DNA of 64,000 nt from positions 865,847 to 929,846 of the forward strand of contig NW_015168044.1 in NCBI RefSeq assembly GCF_001447785.1. Direction: 5' to 3'. The position numbers and the translations under genes were made by a program. Shown here one piece after another: positions 49,265 through 60,697 of the stretch; within the stretch, counting starts at the first letter, position 1, and the number at the start of each line of letters is the position of its first letter. The notes below the pieces were generated by a model that did no database searches, was not told where the DNA came from, and worked only from the letters and a program-made list of their open reading frames with translations. This DNA comes from Gekko japonicus. Lineage: Eukaryota.

Positions 49265-51292
49265 TATTTATTTATTTATTCATTCATTCATTCAATTTAT
49301 ACCCTGCCCTCCCTGCAAGTGGGCTCAGGGCGGCTTACAACGTGGCACCAATGGCCAATGAAACCATATAAAACATATGAAACAGTACTATACAGATAAA
49401 ATCATAAAATTATAAGGTGCTATTGGTTATACAGTTCATTACTTGTGGTGGCGTACTAGAGATGTCTACAACTGGTGAGTCCCGGCTCAGTACCGTCCTA
49501 AGTCTCTCTGTGGAATGAGCCAGATGTTAAAGCTGAGGGCTGGGCTTGTTGATGGTGATAGTGGGGGCGGCTCCTAGTCGAAGGCCTGGTGGAAGAGCTC
49601 CATCTTGCAGGCCCTAATGCTGAACTGTAAGAGATCCCGCAGGGCCCTGATCTCTTCTGGGAGCTCGTTCCACCAGTAAGGAGCTGCCACTGAAAAGGCC
49701 CTGGCCCTCGTTGCAGCGAGCCTGGCATTCTTGGGGCCTGGAAGGGTCAGCCAGTTCTGTGACCCCGACTGCAGTGCTCTCTGGGGTATATGTGGGGAAA
49801 GGCGGTCCCTCAGGTATGTCAGACCGTGGCCATATAGGGCTTTAAAGGTGAGCACCAGCAACTTGAAGCTAATTCAGTATGCTATTGGCAGCCAGTGCAG
49901 GGCCTTCAGCACAGGCTGGATGTGCTCTCATCTAGGTATGCCCATCAACAGCCTTGCAACGGCATTCTGCACTAGCTGCAGCTTCCAAATTTGGGACAAG
50001 GGCAGCCCCATGTAGAGAGTGTTACAGTAGTCTAGTCTCGAGGTGACCGTCACATGGATCACCGTGGCCAGGTCGTTGCGGTTGAGGAAGGGAGCCAACT
50101 GCCTCATCAGCCAAAGATAATAAAAAGGCTGACTTAGCAGTGGCTGCTACCTGGGCCTCCATCGTTAAGGAGGAATCCAGAAGCACTCCCAAACTCCTAA
50201 CCTCCGGCACTGGCACCAATGGCGCCCCACTGAAGGTCGGGAGTGGGGTCCCTAACTGTGCACCGCCCCGGCCCATGCACAGGACCTCCGTCTTCACTGG
50301 ATTCAGTTTCAGCCGACTCAGCCTGAGCCCGCCAGCCACGGCCTGTAACGCCCGGTCTAGATCTTCAGGACTGGAGTTCGACCAGCCGCCCAACATCAGA
50401 TAGAGCTGGGTGTCATCAGCGTACTGGTGACATCCCAGCCCATAACTCTGGGCTATCTGGGCAAGGGGGCGCATATAGGTGTTAAATAGCATCGGGAAGA
50501 GCACTGCCCCTTGAGGCACTCCACACTCCAGCGGGTGTCTCATGGACTGCTGCTCCCCAAGTACCACCCTTTGTCCCCAACCTTGGAGAAAGGAAGCAAT
50601 CATTGCAAGGCAAGCCCCTGAATTCCCATGTCGGTGAGGCGGTGAAGCAGCAACAGATGGTCGACCATGTCGAATGCAGCCAACAGGTCCAACAGCAACA
50701 GTACTGCCAAACCGCCCCAATCCTGATGCCTCCGGAGATCGTCAGTCAGAGCGATCAGTGCCGTCTCCGTTCCACGTCCCGCGTGAAAGCTGGACTGGAA
50801 AGGATCTAACTGTAACTGTATCGCCACCGCCGTCTCAATTAATTTGCCCAAATAGGGAGACTGGCTGGTAATTAGCCAATTCGGCTGGGCCTAGAGATGT
50901 TTTTTTTAGGAGTGGGCAGACCATCATTTCCTTGAGTGCCCCTGAGAACAGCCTCTCCAGGAGGGTAAAGGTAAAGTAAAGGTTCCCTTGCTTGAAAGCC
51001 AGTCGAATCGGACTCTAGGGTTGCGGTGCTCATCTCCATTTCAAAGCCGAAGAGCCAGCGCTGTCCGAAGACGTTTCCGTGGTCATGTGGCCGGCATGAC
51101 TAAACACCAAGGCGCACGGAACGCTTTACCTTCCTACCAAAGTGGTACCTATTTATCTACTTGCAATTTCTTGCTTTCGAACTGCTAGGTTGGCAGGAGC
51201 TGGAACTAGAGATGTGGCACACTCAGGTCTCGAACTGCTGAACTACCGACCTTCCACAGCCTTCCACAGTCTCCAGGAGGGACTTGTTGATA
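49265..51292 (-). mobile_element. 5'-truncated L2 LINE including a frameshifted RT domain
   Basis: LDPFQS.F..GRGTETAL, LLLLDL.AAFD.VDH, CGVPQGAVL.P.LFN.YMRPL, HQYADDTQLY, LKLNP.KTEVL; same subfamily as 28261-28993; (ATAA/TGAA)n tail. Confidence 0.95.
50966..51269 (-). mobile_element. Sauria (Squam1) SINE inserted in the L2
   Basis: Reverse complement of the 8775-9459 copies; perfect 12-bp TSD TCTCCAGGAGGG (50954-50965, 51270-51281). Confidence 0.92.
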
Positions 51293-52509
51293 AATAAGTG
51301 TTCAATCTCAGTTTCTCAATCAGAATTTCTGTTTTCAATCAGAATCCTCTGTTTTCATCCTCTGACAGTCATGACTCACCCCAGCTCCACTGAAACCGAC
51401 ACCTTGGATGAATACCCTCAATGCAGGTCCTTCCAGACTTAGAACGGTTCACAGATGGGCTCTGTGGTCCTTCTCCAGCAACCAGGCCCAGTCCCTGGGG
51501 ATTCAACCAGCCAGGAACCCCCTGAGGAAAGTTGCACCTTGTTGGCACCTCCAGCTGGCCTGAAGCTGCTGCAGGATCCCAACCAGGGCCCTGATACTCC
51601 TAGAGTCTCACCCAGACCCCTGGGAATGAAGACAGAGGAGGTCCAAGGCAGAGGCAAGCACCTGGTGGAGGAACAGAGGACAGACACCATGGGGTGTAAA
51701 TACCAGCCTTTCTCAAAGGAAGAAGGGTCGTTGTAGGGATGCCAGGGCTGGGGTCTTGGGGTGTGGCTGTCAATGACAACATGATGTCACTTCCAAGGAA
51801 AACCTGGAAGTGATGTCATGCCTCTCTGGAAATCTCTGGAAATTATGGTAAAATCATAGGGTTTTTGGCCGTTCATAGAGTGGACTGACATCACTTTCAG
51901 GGAAAACTTGGTTCTGCACTCAAAGCTTGCTTAACTTGCTTTTGTTCTTTCATTGTTTGTGCCCTTCTTGTGGTAGTATATAGCCCCTCATCAGTTTGGG
52001 AGTACCATTACTCCGCCGATTTCAGGCCCTTCTTTCTAAGCTGTCTCATTTCTCTCTGTTGCATTTACAATTACAGGCAGTGCATAGGAGGTGAATGGTA
52101 ACATCTGCCCTGTTTGCCCAGGTTTTTAATCATTGATAGGATGTTGTTCCTCTGTGTTGTTTTATTGTATTTTCAGTCATATATTGGCTGTTTATTGTTT
52201 TAAAGGATAGCTATAAGCAGGTTATACATTTCAAATAACTACGGGGTTGGGAAAGCAATAAAAGCCTTGGCGTTAAAAAAAATCAGTAAATTTTTCAGCC
52301 ACTGATTTTTCATGATTGAAGAATTTGACTTTCTGAGCAGGAAGTTTCAGGTTTTTCTCCATTTCCTCTGGAAGAAAAGAAAAATCAGTCAAAGAGAAAT
52401 CAAATCTAAACAAAATGGCTAATAGGGTTAAGTGAAAGTAAGTGGAAAGTGTTGCATGCTGGGGGCCAGCCCCACCCCAAATTGATGGAGTCTTGAATCA
52501 GTGGTGACT

Positions 52510-52740
52510 AAGTAGAAGAGATCTTGGGGTTACAATGAAAATGTTGGCTCAGTGTGTGGTAAAAAACTAATTTCATTCTAGGGATTATTAGGAAATGGAC
52601 TGAGAAGAAAATGGTCAATACCATAATGCCTTTATATAAATCTTTGCTGTGGCCACATTCAGCATGCTATGTACAGTTCTGGCTGCTCTGTCTCGAATAG
52701 GATACTGTAGAGCTTCAGAAAAAGGCAACCAAAAATGACG
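52510..52740 (+). mobile_element. Old CR1 ORF2 fragment
   Basis: RDLGV..ILGIIRK..IMPLYKSLLWPH..YVQFW motif order. Confidence 0.75.
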
Positions 52741-52766
52741 TCTGGGATCCTCAGACAACTCCCCTC

Positions 52767-52972
52767 AAGTGTTCCCTCTAAGCTGAGTTAGTGTGAGCTA
52801 GCTCACAGTTTTTTAGCCTCCAGCTCACACATTTTTGCCCTAGCTCAGGAAGGATGGCTCCAGAGCAAACTAATTTATGCAATAGCCATATTGCTTGCTC
52901 ACAAGTTTAATGCCAGGAGCTCACAAAGTAGAATTTTTGCTCACAAGACTCCACAGCTTAGAGGGAACATTG
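52767..52972. mobile_element. hAT MITE
   Basis: TIRs AAGTGTTCCCTCTAAGCTG / CAGCTTAGAGGGAACATTG; perfect 8-bp TSD CTCCCCTC. Confidence 0.9.
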
Positions 52973-53907
52973 CTCCCCTCCCTGCACCATACAGCAGGCA
53001 GAGAAGGTGCCCTAGAGAAGGAGGAGTACACAGAACCAGTCATGAGGTGGCATGCCTCGGTGATTTCACTGGAGGGTCCTGGGGGAGCGGGGAGGGGGGA
53101 TGACTAAGTGTCTCCATCACCCAAGTCATAGGAAGCAGCAAAAATTGCCAGCAGCTAGTCTGAGGACCCCTGATTTAGGGACTCTAAAAACCACAGCAAA
53201 TGCCTTTCCCACGGCTTCTGATATCTGGAGCCTTAAGGAGGAATCACTGCAAATCCTCTCCACACAGACACTGCCTCCTCCAAATAAGTTAAGGATAGGG
53301 AGGGGGATGGTGGGGAGGGATCTGGAGGCAGTGAGCCTAAACTGAAACATTTCAGACTTCATGGGGGTTTGGACCCAACTCTCCCTTTTCAGGGCTTGCC
53401 TCGTCACTCGTTTCTGGATTATATTACTTCACAGAGGAGATGGCAGACTTGAAAACTAGCATGCCTGCGAGAAACTGAAGCTAGGGCTTTTCTTCCTAAG
53501 ATTACATGGAGCATGGAGGCTGCATAGCTATAAGCTCAGGAGACAGGAGAGGACAGGTGTCAGGAAGTACACTGAGACAGTACCTGCACTGTAATTGCCA
53601 GTAGATAGGGGAAGTGCCACTTGGAGTGCTGTTGACAGACAAGCCTAGTATTCCTTCAGCATTGCAGCAAGGGAATCAAGCCAACACCACCACTGTCATC
53701 TTCTCCAAGCAAAACATGTTGTCGGGCCATCAGAATATTCTGGGCACCTTGATGCCTTTTCACAGTTCCCTGTTTCTTGGAGCAACGGGAAGTTCCAGCA
53801 GGGCAAGTTTATAAAGGGTCGGTTTCCTTGAAGGGAGGCCAAGAGAGAGTGAGCACTGGAGACTTACTTCATTTGTGTAATATCTGTTTATGTGCAAACA
53901 TACAAAG

Positions 53908-54112
53908 TAAGGTTGCCACCCTACAGGTGAAGCCTGGAGATCTCCCACTTTTGTAACTCATCTCCAGACAACAGACATATGTTCCCCTGGAGAAATCGGC
54001 TGCTTTGGAGGCATTGTACCATGCTGAGGCCCCTCCCCTCCCCTAACCCCATCATCTCCAGGCTCTGTTCCCAAAATCTCCAGATATTTCCAACCCAGAG
54101 CTGGCAACCCTA
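53908..54112. mobile_element. TA-flanked MITE (TAGGGTTGCCA family)
   Basis: TAAGGTTGCCA...CTGGCAACCCTA. Confidence 0.78.
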
Positions 54113-55289
54113 AGGTCCTGACCACCACGAAAGCCACATTGCTTACTTGAAAGCAAAACCAGAGGTACTTAGCGCTCACTCTGCCCTGAGGTAGAATCTG
54201 CAAGATTTTCTGTATGCTGCAAGATTCTCTTATTTATGCATGATTAAGAATAATGAAACATATAAAGATATCATTATTTGTTTGGTCTTTATTTTGGCTA
54301 TATACAGTACATTTGTTATTTGCAGTTTGTTCCACTATATAGCTCACTTTGTTTGGTATTCCAAGGTAGAATCTGAGCATCTGCAAGCTGCAGACTTCTT
54401 TGCTAACTATATTTCAATTGCCCGGCTGTTTCTTTCCAACCCCCCACCTGAGCATGTGGCTGCCTACTCTGGCTAGTAGGCACCAGCCATCATACAGCTA
54501 TTAGGCAAAGAGCTCCAGGTAGCTTTAGAACCATCAACTGACTATCAGTGCCCATTAGCAAGCCATCAAGCTGTACAACAGATGATCATCACTCCATTTG
54601 ACAGAACCCAAGAGCATTCGCACAACAATACCACTCTCTGGACTCCTCCCCACCCTCTTTCTGAAACAGTTTCTTCCATCTGCTTGTCACTGAGACTGAA
54701 GCCTTAACATGCACAAGCAGTTGGAGTGTCATTACCAGCTGAGAGTTACTTCCATGCTAATAGCAATGTTTAAAATTAGTGTGTGCAGCAAAAGTTCTTC
54801 AGTGCACTATTAGCAAGTCAGAAGGAAAACAAGTGCAGGTACATAAGTTTTATGGCTCAGGTGCACACAAGAGGATCCTGGCCGAAGTGTCCATGTAACA
54901 GGCGGAGCGCCAGCCATGATGTATGAGCAGCTGCAGCAATCTGCATGCATCTCTGTCAGGAGTCTGGCAAATTGAAACAAATGACTTTTAGGTCACAAGG
55001 AAGAAACACTGAAGAAACTAGTCCAACCCATTCAGCAGAGAGGATAGTTGAGAGGGAAGAGGCCCTTCATAGGTTTTAGTAGGGGAAAGAAATGGCATCT
55101 GATCTAATACAAACTAGAGCTGATATTTATTCATAATGCTCTTCCACCCAGCCCATGTCTCTGTGTGTAATATGCATTGGGGGCACACCATTTCCCAGAT
55201 CAAAAATGCCCCCTCCCAGTGGCGTACCTAGCCAGTTTGTCCCGGGGTGGATAATTTTTTAGCACTCCCCCTCTAATTTATTTATTTTT

Positions 55290-55443
55290 TGCCATCAAGT
55301 CACAGCTGACTTATGAGGACCCTGTAGGGTTTTCAAGGCAAGAGACATTTGGAGGTGGTTTGCCATCGCCTGCCTCTATGTGTGCTCCGCTTAGCTTCTG
55401 AGATCTGATGAGATAAGGCTATCCTGGGGCTATCCAGGTCTGG
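55290..55443 (-). mobile_element. 5S-headed SINE, internally deleted
   Basis: Reverse complement of 34258-34444 (GTAGGGTTTTCAAGGCAAGAG..GGTGGTTTGCC..GCTTAGCTTCTGAGATCTGA). Confidence 0.78.
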
Positions 55444-55612
55444 GCCCCTACTCTACACGACAAAATAATTTTCAGTAATAATCATGAAATAAAACAAACA
55501 ATAATAATGGCCAGAAAATAGATTCCGTTAGTTAGCTCTGTTGGTCTGAAGCAGCAGAACAAAGTTTGGTCTTAAAGTCCTGGCACAGGATTGATGTCAA
55601 AAGGGCATGTCG

Positions 55613-55905
55613 AGCCAGTTTGGTGTAGTGGTTAAGTGCGCGGACTCTAATCTGGGAGAACCGGGTTTGATTCCCCACTCCTCCACTTGCACCTGCTGGA
55701 TGACCTTGGGCAAGCCATGGTTCTGATAAGAGCTGTCCTTGAAAAAGAGCAATTTCTGTCAGAGCTCTCTCAGCCCCACCTACCTCACAAGGTGTCTGTT
55801 GTGGGGAGGGGAAGGGAAAGGAGATTGTAAGCCACTCTGAGACTCCTTTGGTTAGTGAAAGGCGGGGTATAAATCCAATCTCTTCTTCTCTTCTTCTTCT
55901 TCTCT
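55613..55905 (+). mobile_element. Squam3-like tRNA SINE, full length
   Basis: Head identical to the 36317 copy; (CTT)n tail. Confidence 0.9.
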
Positions 55906-57363
55906 CCCTTCTCTCCCTGGCATGTTTAACACATTCCATTAATCCATGTCATTTCCCCATATCTCCCATCCAGCAACTAGCAACCAATCATTTACTAGTG
56001 GGCAGAGAAAAGCCCAAATATTTCTCTCGTAACAGACATATATCTGCTTAAACATTTGGGGAGAGGGTGGAGAATTAGCTGCCATTTTCAGCAGCAAGCC
56101 TGACTTGAGTGTAAGATCTAGTTCTGTGCACAGTGTAAACCATTGTGCTGACAGGCACTTTGCCTGTTGTTCAAATAGAGAAGAATTCCGGACCCTGAAA
56201 TGGCCTGAATAGCTTAGGATAGCCGGACCACTGACGCTTCTGTTAAGTTCCAAAATGATGCACATCTATTCTATATTGTACTCTTCTAGCAGTGAAGCCT
56301 CTGGCAGTGATTTGCTGTGCTGGAGTAGTAACAACCAGACACACACACACACACACACTCATACTCATCCTGCAGGAGAAGGCCACTTTGTGGTCAAATG
56401 ATAGCAATGTAATGAGCAAAGCCATTGCTCCCCTGGCCCTTGTTACTGTTAAAGGATTAATTTGTAAAGAAAGGATTCCCAAGGCTTGCCAGAAGGTTAC
56501 AGTGCCTGACCCAGAAACTCTGCCCCTTAGTTTCCCTTGCACGAGGGCTTAGTTCTGGTTACTCAGTGGTGATGGAAAGGCAAGCTGGCTAGTATAATAG
56601 GCAGCTCTGTTGTATTATAACCATCTTGAGGATATCCAATGATCTACCAGGTCCCAGGACCCCCTCACAGTTCTGTGCTGAAAGAGGGACGTTTTGCTGG
56701 ACTGGAGCCTGATTTGGCTTTGAACTACTAAGATACGAGCCCACCATGGGACCAAAAAGAGATTGGGCAAGGCTTGGCACCTCCCTCTGGCTTCAGCCCA
56801 AGGGGGAGAGCTCCAAGAAAGCCAGCTGGACCCGCAAGAGAGGCAACTGAAATTGACAAATGTGTAACTGCACCCAATTGTCAGCAGATTTGGGGGGGGG
56901 GGGTTACTTGTTTACCCGTCAGCTCCCTAATTCAGTTTACACATAGGACTCAATTTAGGAGTACATTAGGAGCCATCGAAAAACAACCTTCTCTCACCTG
57001 TTTTAGATCACTGCTTCCCCTTAGATCACTACTTCATTTTTTCTTTCTTTTGCTTTCTCTCTGTCTTGGCCCTTCCTCTCTGCTTTGTCTCTTCCTTCTC
57101 TTTAACCCTGCCTCCCTCTTCCTCCTATACATGATCACTTCACCACCTCCTCTATATGACTCTATTTCCCCCATACCCTGGCTATCACCTCATATACTTT
57201 CTTACCCCACCTTCATGACAGCCCATCCACCAAACCTTGGCTGCTTCTCTGCTTCTCGCTATCCCCACTTTCCTTGTTCCTGCTGTCATCACCCCATTAT
57301 CATTTCCCCTACTGTCCCTCTTTCCCCAGAGCTTTCCTTCCACCCGTCTCACCTGGCTGCTCT

Positions 57364-57843
57364 TAGGGTTGCAGCCTCTAGGACCATTTCCGCAGGAGTG
57401 AAATTCCCTGCACTGACATTTTTAAAACTGTGTGTTATGTGAAATTTTCCACAGTAGATTTTTCATCGCCAGGTGCAAACCTGAAGTTTTCTCCTTCTTA
57501 CCCCATGTTTTCAGAATCCCTAGTTTTAGCAAGTTCCAAAAACACAGGGTAGGAAGAAGAAAACTTTGGGTTTGTGCCTGGTAAGAAAAAACCTACTGCA
57601 GAAAATTTCACATAACATGCAGTTTTTAAAACGTCAATGCAGGGAATTTCACTACTGAGGAAATGGTCTAGGAGGGAGCTGGAGTTCTCCCAGAATTACA
57701 ACTAGGTCCAGACTACAGAGATCTGCTCTTGAGGTTCAGAGGGTGAACTTTATGGCATCACATCCCCACCGAGCTCCTTTCCGTCCCCAAACTCCACCCC
57801 CAACTCTCTAGGAATTTCCCAAGTCACTGTTGGTAAGTCCTTA
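57364..57843. mobile_element. TA-flanked MITE interrupted by a Harbinger-like MITE
   Basis: TAGGGTTGCAGCCTCTAG; body resumes at 57669 and resembles the 38205 and 53908 copies. Confidence 0.65.
57382..57668. mobile_element. Palindromic PIF/Harbinger-like MITE
   Basis: GACCATTTCC..AGTGAAATTCCCTGCA / TGCAGGGAATTTCACT..GGAAATGGTC; 3-bp TSD TAG. Confidence 0.82.
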
Positions 57844-59139
57844 TGCTTTCCTTCTCCTCATATTACCCCCTATTTCCTGCACAGCACCCCTTCATTCCTC
57901 TTCCTATCCCAATTCCACCTCCCTTTAACTCCACTTCCATCCTCTTTCTTCCAGATCTCCATTTCCCCTCCTCCTTTCCTCTCTGTCCACCTCACCCCGC
58001 TCTTTCCCCAGGCTCATATACCCCCCCACACACACACTTCAATCTGGTAACTCTCTCCTTCATCACCCCACCTCTTGACTCTTCATATCCATTGTTCTGG
58101 TGAGATCCCACCAGGCAACATGGTGCCGCTCAGTTTCTTCTCCACTGTGGCCATGTGAAGCAACACATCATCAATGCTTTGGCATCTTAGGAAACCAAAA
58201 TGTTGTCTGAGCTCTTGAGAGATTTGGGGGGATTCCCCCCACCCCCAGTTGCCATAGGAAGTTCATTGGCTTGCATTGCATCCAAGATGAATGGACAGAC
58301 TGTAGTAACATCCTTTTTGTTTTGTTGTAGGTGGGTTTGTTTATTTTGCTCAGAAGGGGTTGGAGATGACTCTGCAATGCCAAGGATTTCCCTCTGTATT
58401 TAGAACCTTGTCTTCCTTTTGTGACCATCCACACAGGGGGCAAGACTTTGCTATTAGATATCATGAAAACCCTTTTGCCAAGCCTAAGTGTCTAAGTGTC
58501 AATACATTTTTAGTATCAGGAATGTATAAGCTAAATAACAATAATTATTGTTTAATTCCAAAGCTTTTATCTACTTAGCAACAAACACTTTCCTCAAACA
58601 AATAATGGCTCTTTCCTCCTTTGACCAACCTGTCATGCTTGTAGTCATATATTCGAAGTTGCAAATTGTTGAAGTATTGTAATGATCTTGGAGAAAAAGA
58701 TCACCTGGGGAATCTTGAGGGGGTTTAACTGGGCAGGTCAGATTGGTAGTATTTGGAGCACCACCACTTTTAGAAAGACTGACCATCAGTGAGGGCTTTT
58801 TTTCACCTGAATTGCTCCTTAGGGATGGGCACCAACCAGCTCACAAACTAAAGTTCATGATGAATTTTGGCTGGTTTGTGGTTTGCGAACTGAAGTTTGT
58901 GGCAGGTCAACCAGCACAAACTTCCCATAAACTTTCAAGCAGTTTGTGGAGGTTCATGCCAGTTGCTGAATGGATATATTACCAAATAGACTGTCTCTGC
59001 TCAAACAAATGTGTACCAAACTTGGGGGCAGGGAATTCTCCATCCTTGGAAACACTCCTGACAGTTTCAAAGTAGACATGTCAGTTTCAAGAGGATCTCC
59101 CCCTTTGCTAGGGTTCCTGTGTGTTCACTTCCCATTTAT

Positions 59140-59780
59140 TGTACAGAGCTTGCAAAATCCCACCCCCCTTGCTTGGATTTGTGACTCTGTGCCTTTGAGA
59201 TCAGTCCTTTAAGCTTGCGATGCCAGTGGCATTGTGTTTTGCTGGGCACTCTGTACATTGTACTGGTTTTGCTGGCCTTGCAAAAATGCCCGCTTGCTTG
59301 GATTGTAATTGAGCAGGCATTGCCACATTGGCACTGGGTTCTGCTGGGCACTAGTACATTAGATTGGCTCTGCTGGGCTTCCAACTCCCCCCTCCCTGCT
59401 TGGATTGTGTGCTTTATATCAGTTCTGTTGAGCTGGCATTGGCACATTGGCACTGGGTTCTGCTGTGCACTATGTGATTGCATTGGTACTGTTGGGCACT
59501 CTATACATTGTACTGGTTCTGCTGGGCTTGCAACCCCTCCTTACTTGGAATGTGATTCTCAGCTAGACATCATTCCTGTAGAGCTGGCATTGCCACAATG
59601 GCACTGGGATCTGCTGGGTGCTAGTACATTTCACTGATTCTGTTGGGATTGCAAAAATGTCCTACACCTTCAGTTTCTATTGCAGATTTTCTGGTTTGAC
59701 CTTAGTACTGTTGGGTTTGCACTGCCACTGCCACTGTGGCACTGGTTCTGCTAGGCACATTGCACTGGTTCTGCTGGTCC
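59140..59780. repeat. Degenerate hierarchical minisatellite
   Basis: About five ~110-140-bp units, each built from ACATTG(G)CACTGG(G)TTCTGCTGGGC-like subrepeats plus a TGCTTGGATTGT module. Confidence 0.75.
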
Positions 59781-59789
59781 TCCTTGAAT

Positions 59790-60148
59790 CTTAGGAAGTA
59801 CTTCTTCACCCAAAGAGTGATTAACACTTGGAATTCACTGCCACAGGAAGTGGTGGCGGCGACAAGCATGGATGGCTTCAAAAGGGAATTAGATAAGCAT
59901 ATGGAGTAGAGGTCCATCAGTGGCTATTAGCCACAAGGTATAGATAGGGACTCTGGGGCAAGTGATGCTCTGTCATCTTGGTGCTTGGGGGGGGGGTCAA
60001 CAGTGGGAGGGCTTCTAATGTCCTGGCCCCACTGGTGGACCTCCTGATGGCACTGGTATTTCTGGCCACTGTGGGATACAGAGTATTGGACTGGATGGGC
60101 CTTTGGCCTGATCCAACACTGGCATCTCTTATGTTCTTATGTTCTTAT
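59790..60148 (+). mobile_element. CR1 LINE 3' end
   Basis: RKYFFTQRVINTWNSLPQEVVAA..FKRELDKHME; (TCTTATGT)n tail. Confidence 0.92.
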
Positions 60149-60153
60149 CAGTG

Positions 60154-60410
60154 AGAATCATAGAGTTGGAAGGGGCTATACAGGCCATTGTAGTCCAACC
60201 CCTGCTCAATGAAGGATCAGCCTAGAGCATCCCTGACAAGTATTTGTCCAGATGCTGCTTAAAGACTGCCAGTGGGGAGGAGCTCACCGCCTCCCTAAGC
60301 AGCTGAGTCAACTGTTGCACAACTCTTATTGTAAAAAAGTTTTTCCTAATATCCAGCTGGTACCATCCCACCCTTAATTTAAACCCATTATTGTGAGTCC
60401 TATCCTTGGT
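60154..60410 (-). mobile_element. CR1 LINE 3' end, second subfamily, tail-to-tail with 59790-60148
   Basis: THNNGFKL....LDIRKNFFTIRVV...L.VFKQ.LD.YLSGML; CTATGATTCT tail. Confidence 0.92.
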
Positions 60411-60486
60411 CTCAACACTTTTTAAACTATGTTCTTTTGCCTTCTTAACTGTCTTTGATCTGTTCCACCCAACTTGATTTTTGGGG

Positions 60487-60697
60487 ATGGGGCCATTCCC
60501 CTGTGGTAGAGCCCCTGCTTTCCACACAGAAGACCCCAGTTTCAAACCCCGGTGTCTTCCATTAAAAGAAACAAATAGTGGGTAATGTGACATCTCTCTG
60601 CCTGAGAACCCTTGAGAGCTGATGCCTGTCAGAGTAGACAATACTGACCCTGGTAGACCAAATGGTCTGTTTCAGTATAAGGCAGCTTCATGTGTTT
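60487..60697 (+). mobile_element. tRNA-derived SINE with CR1-like 3' end
   Basis: Matches the 20494 and 34458 copies. Confidence 0.75.

Noticed and set aside
56774-57442. 222-aa ORF
   Set aside because: Arises from a low-complexity polypyrimidine tract and runs into MITEs
59140-59780. CRISPR-like array
   Set aside because: Vertebrate DNA; repeats are degenerate, the intervening sequences are themselves repeated, and there are no cas genes
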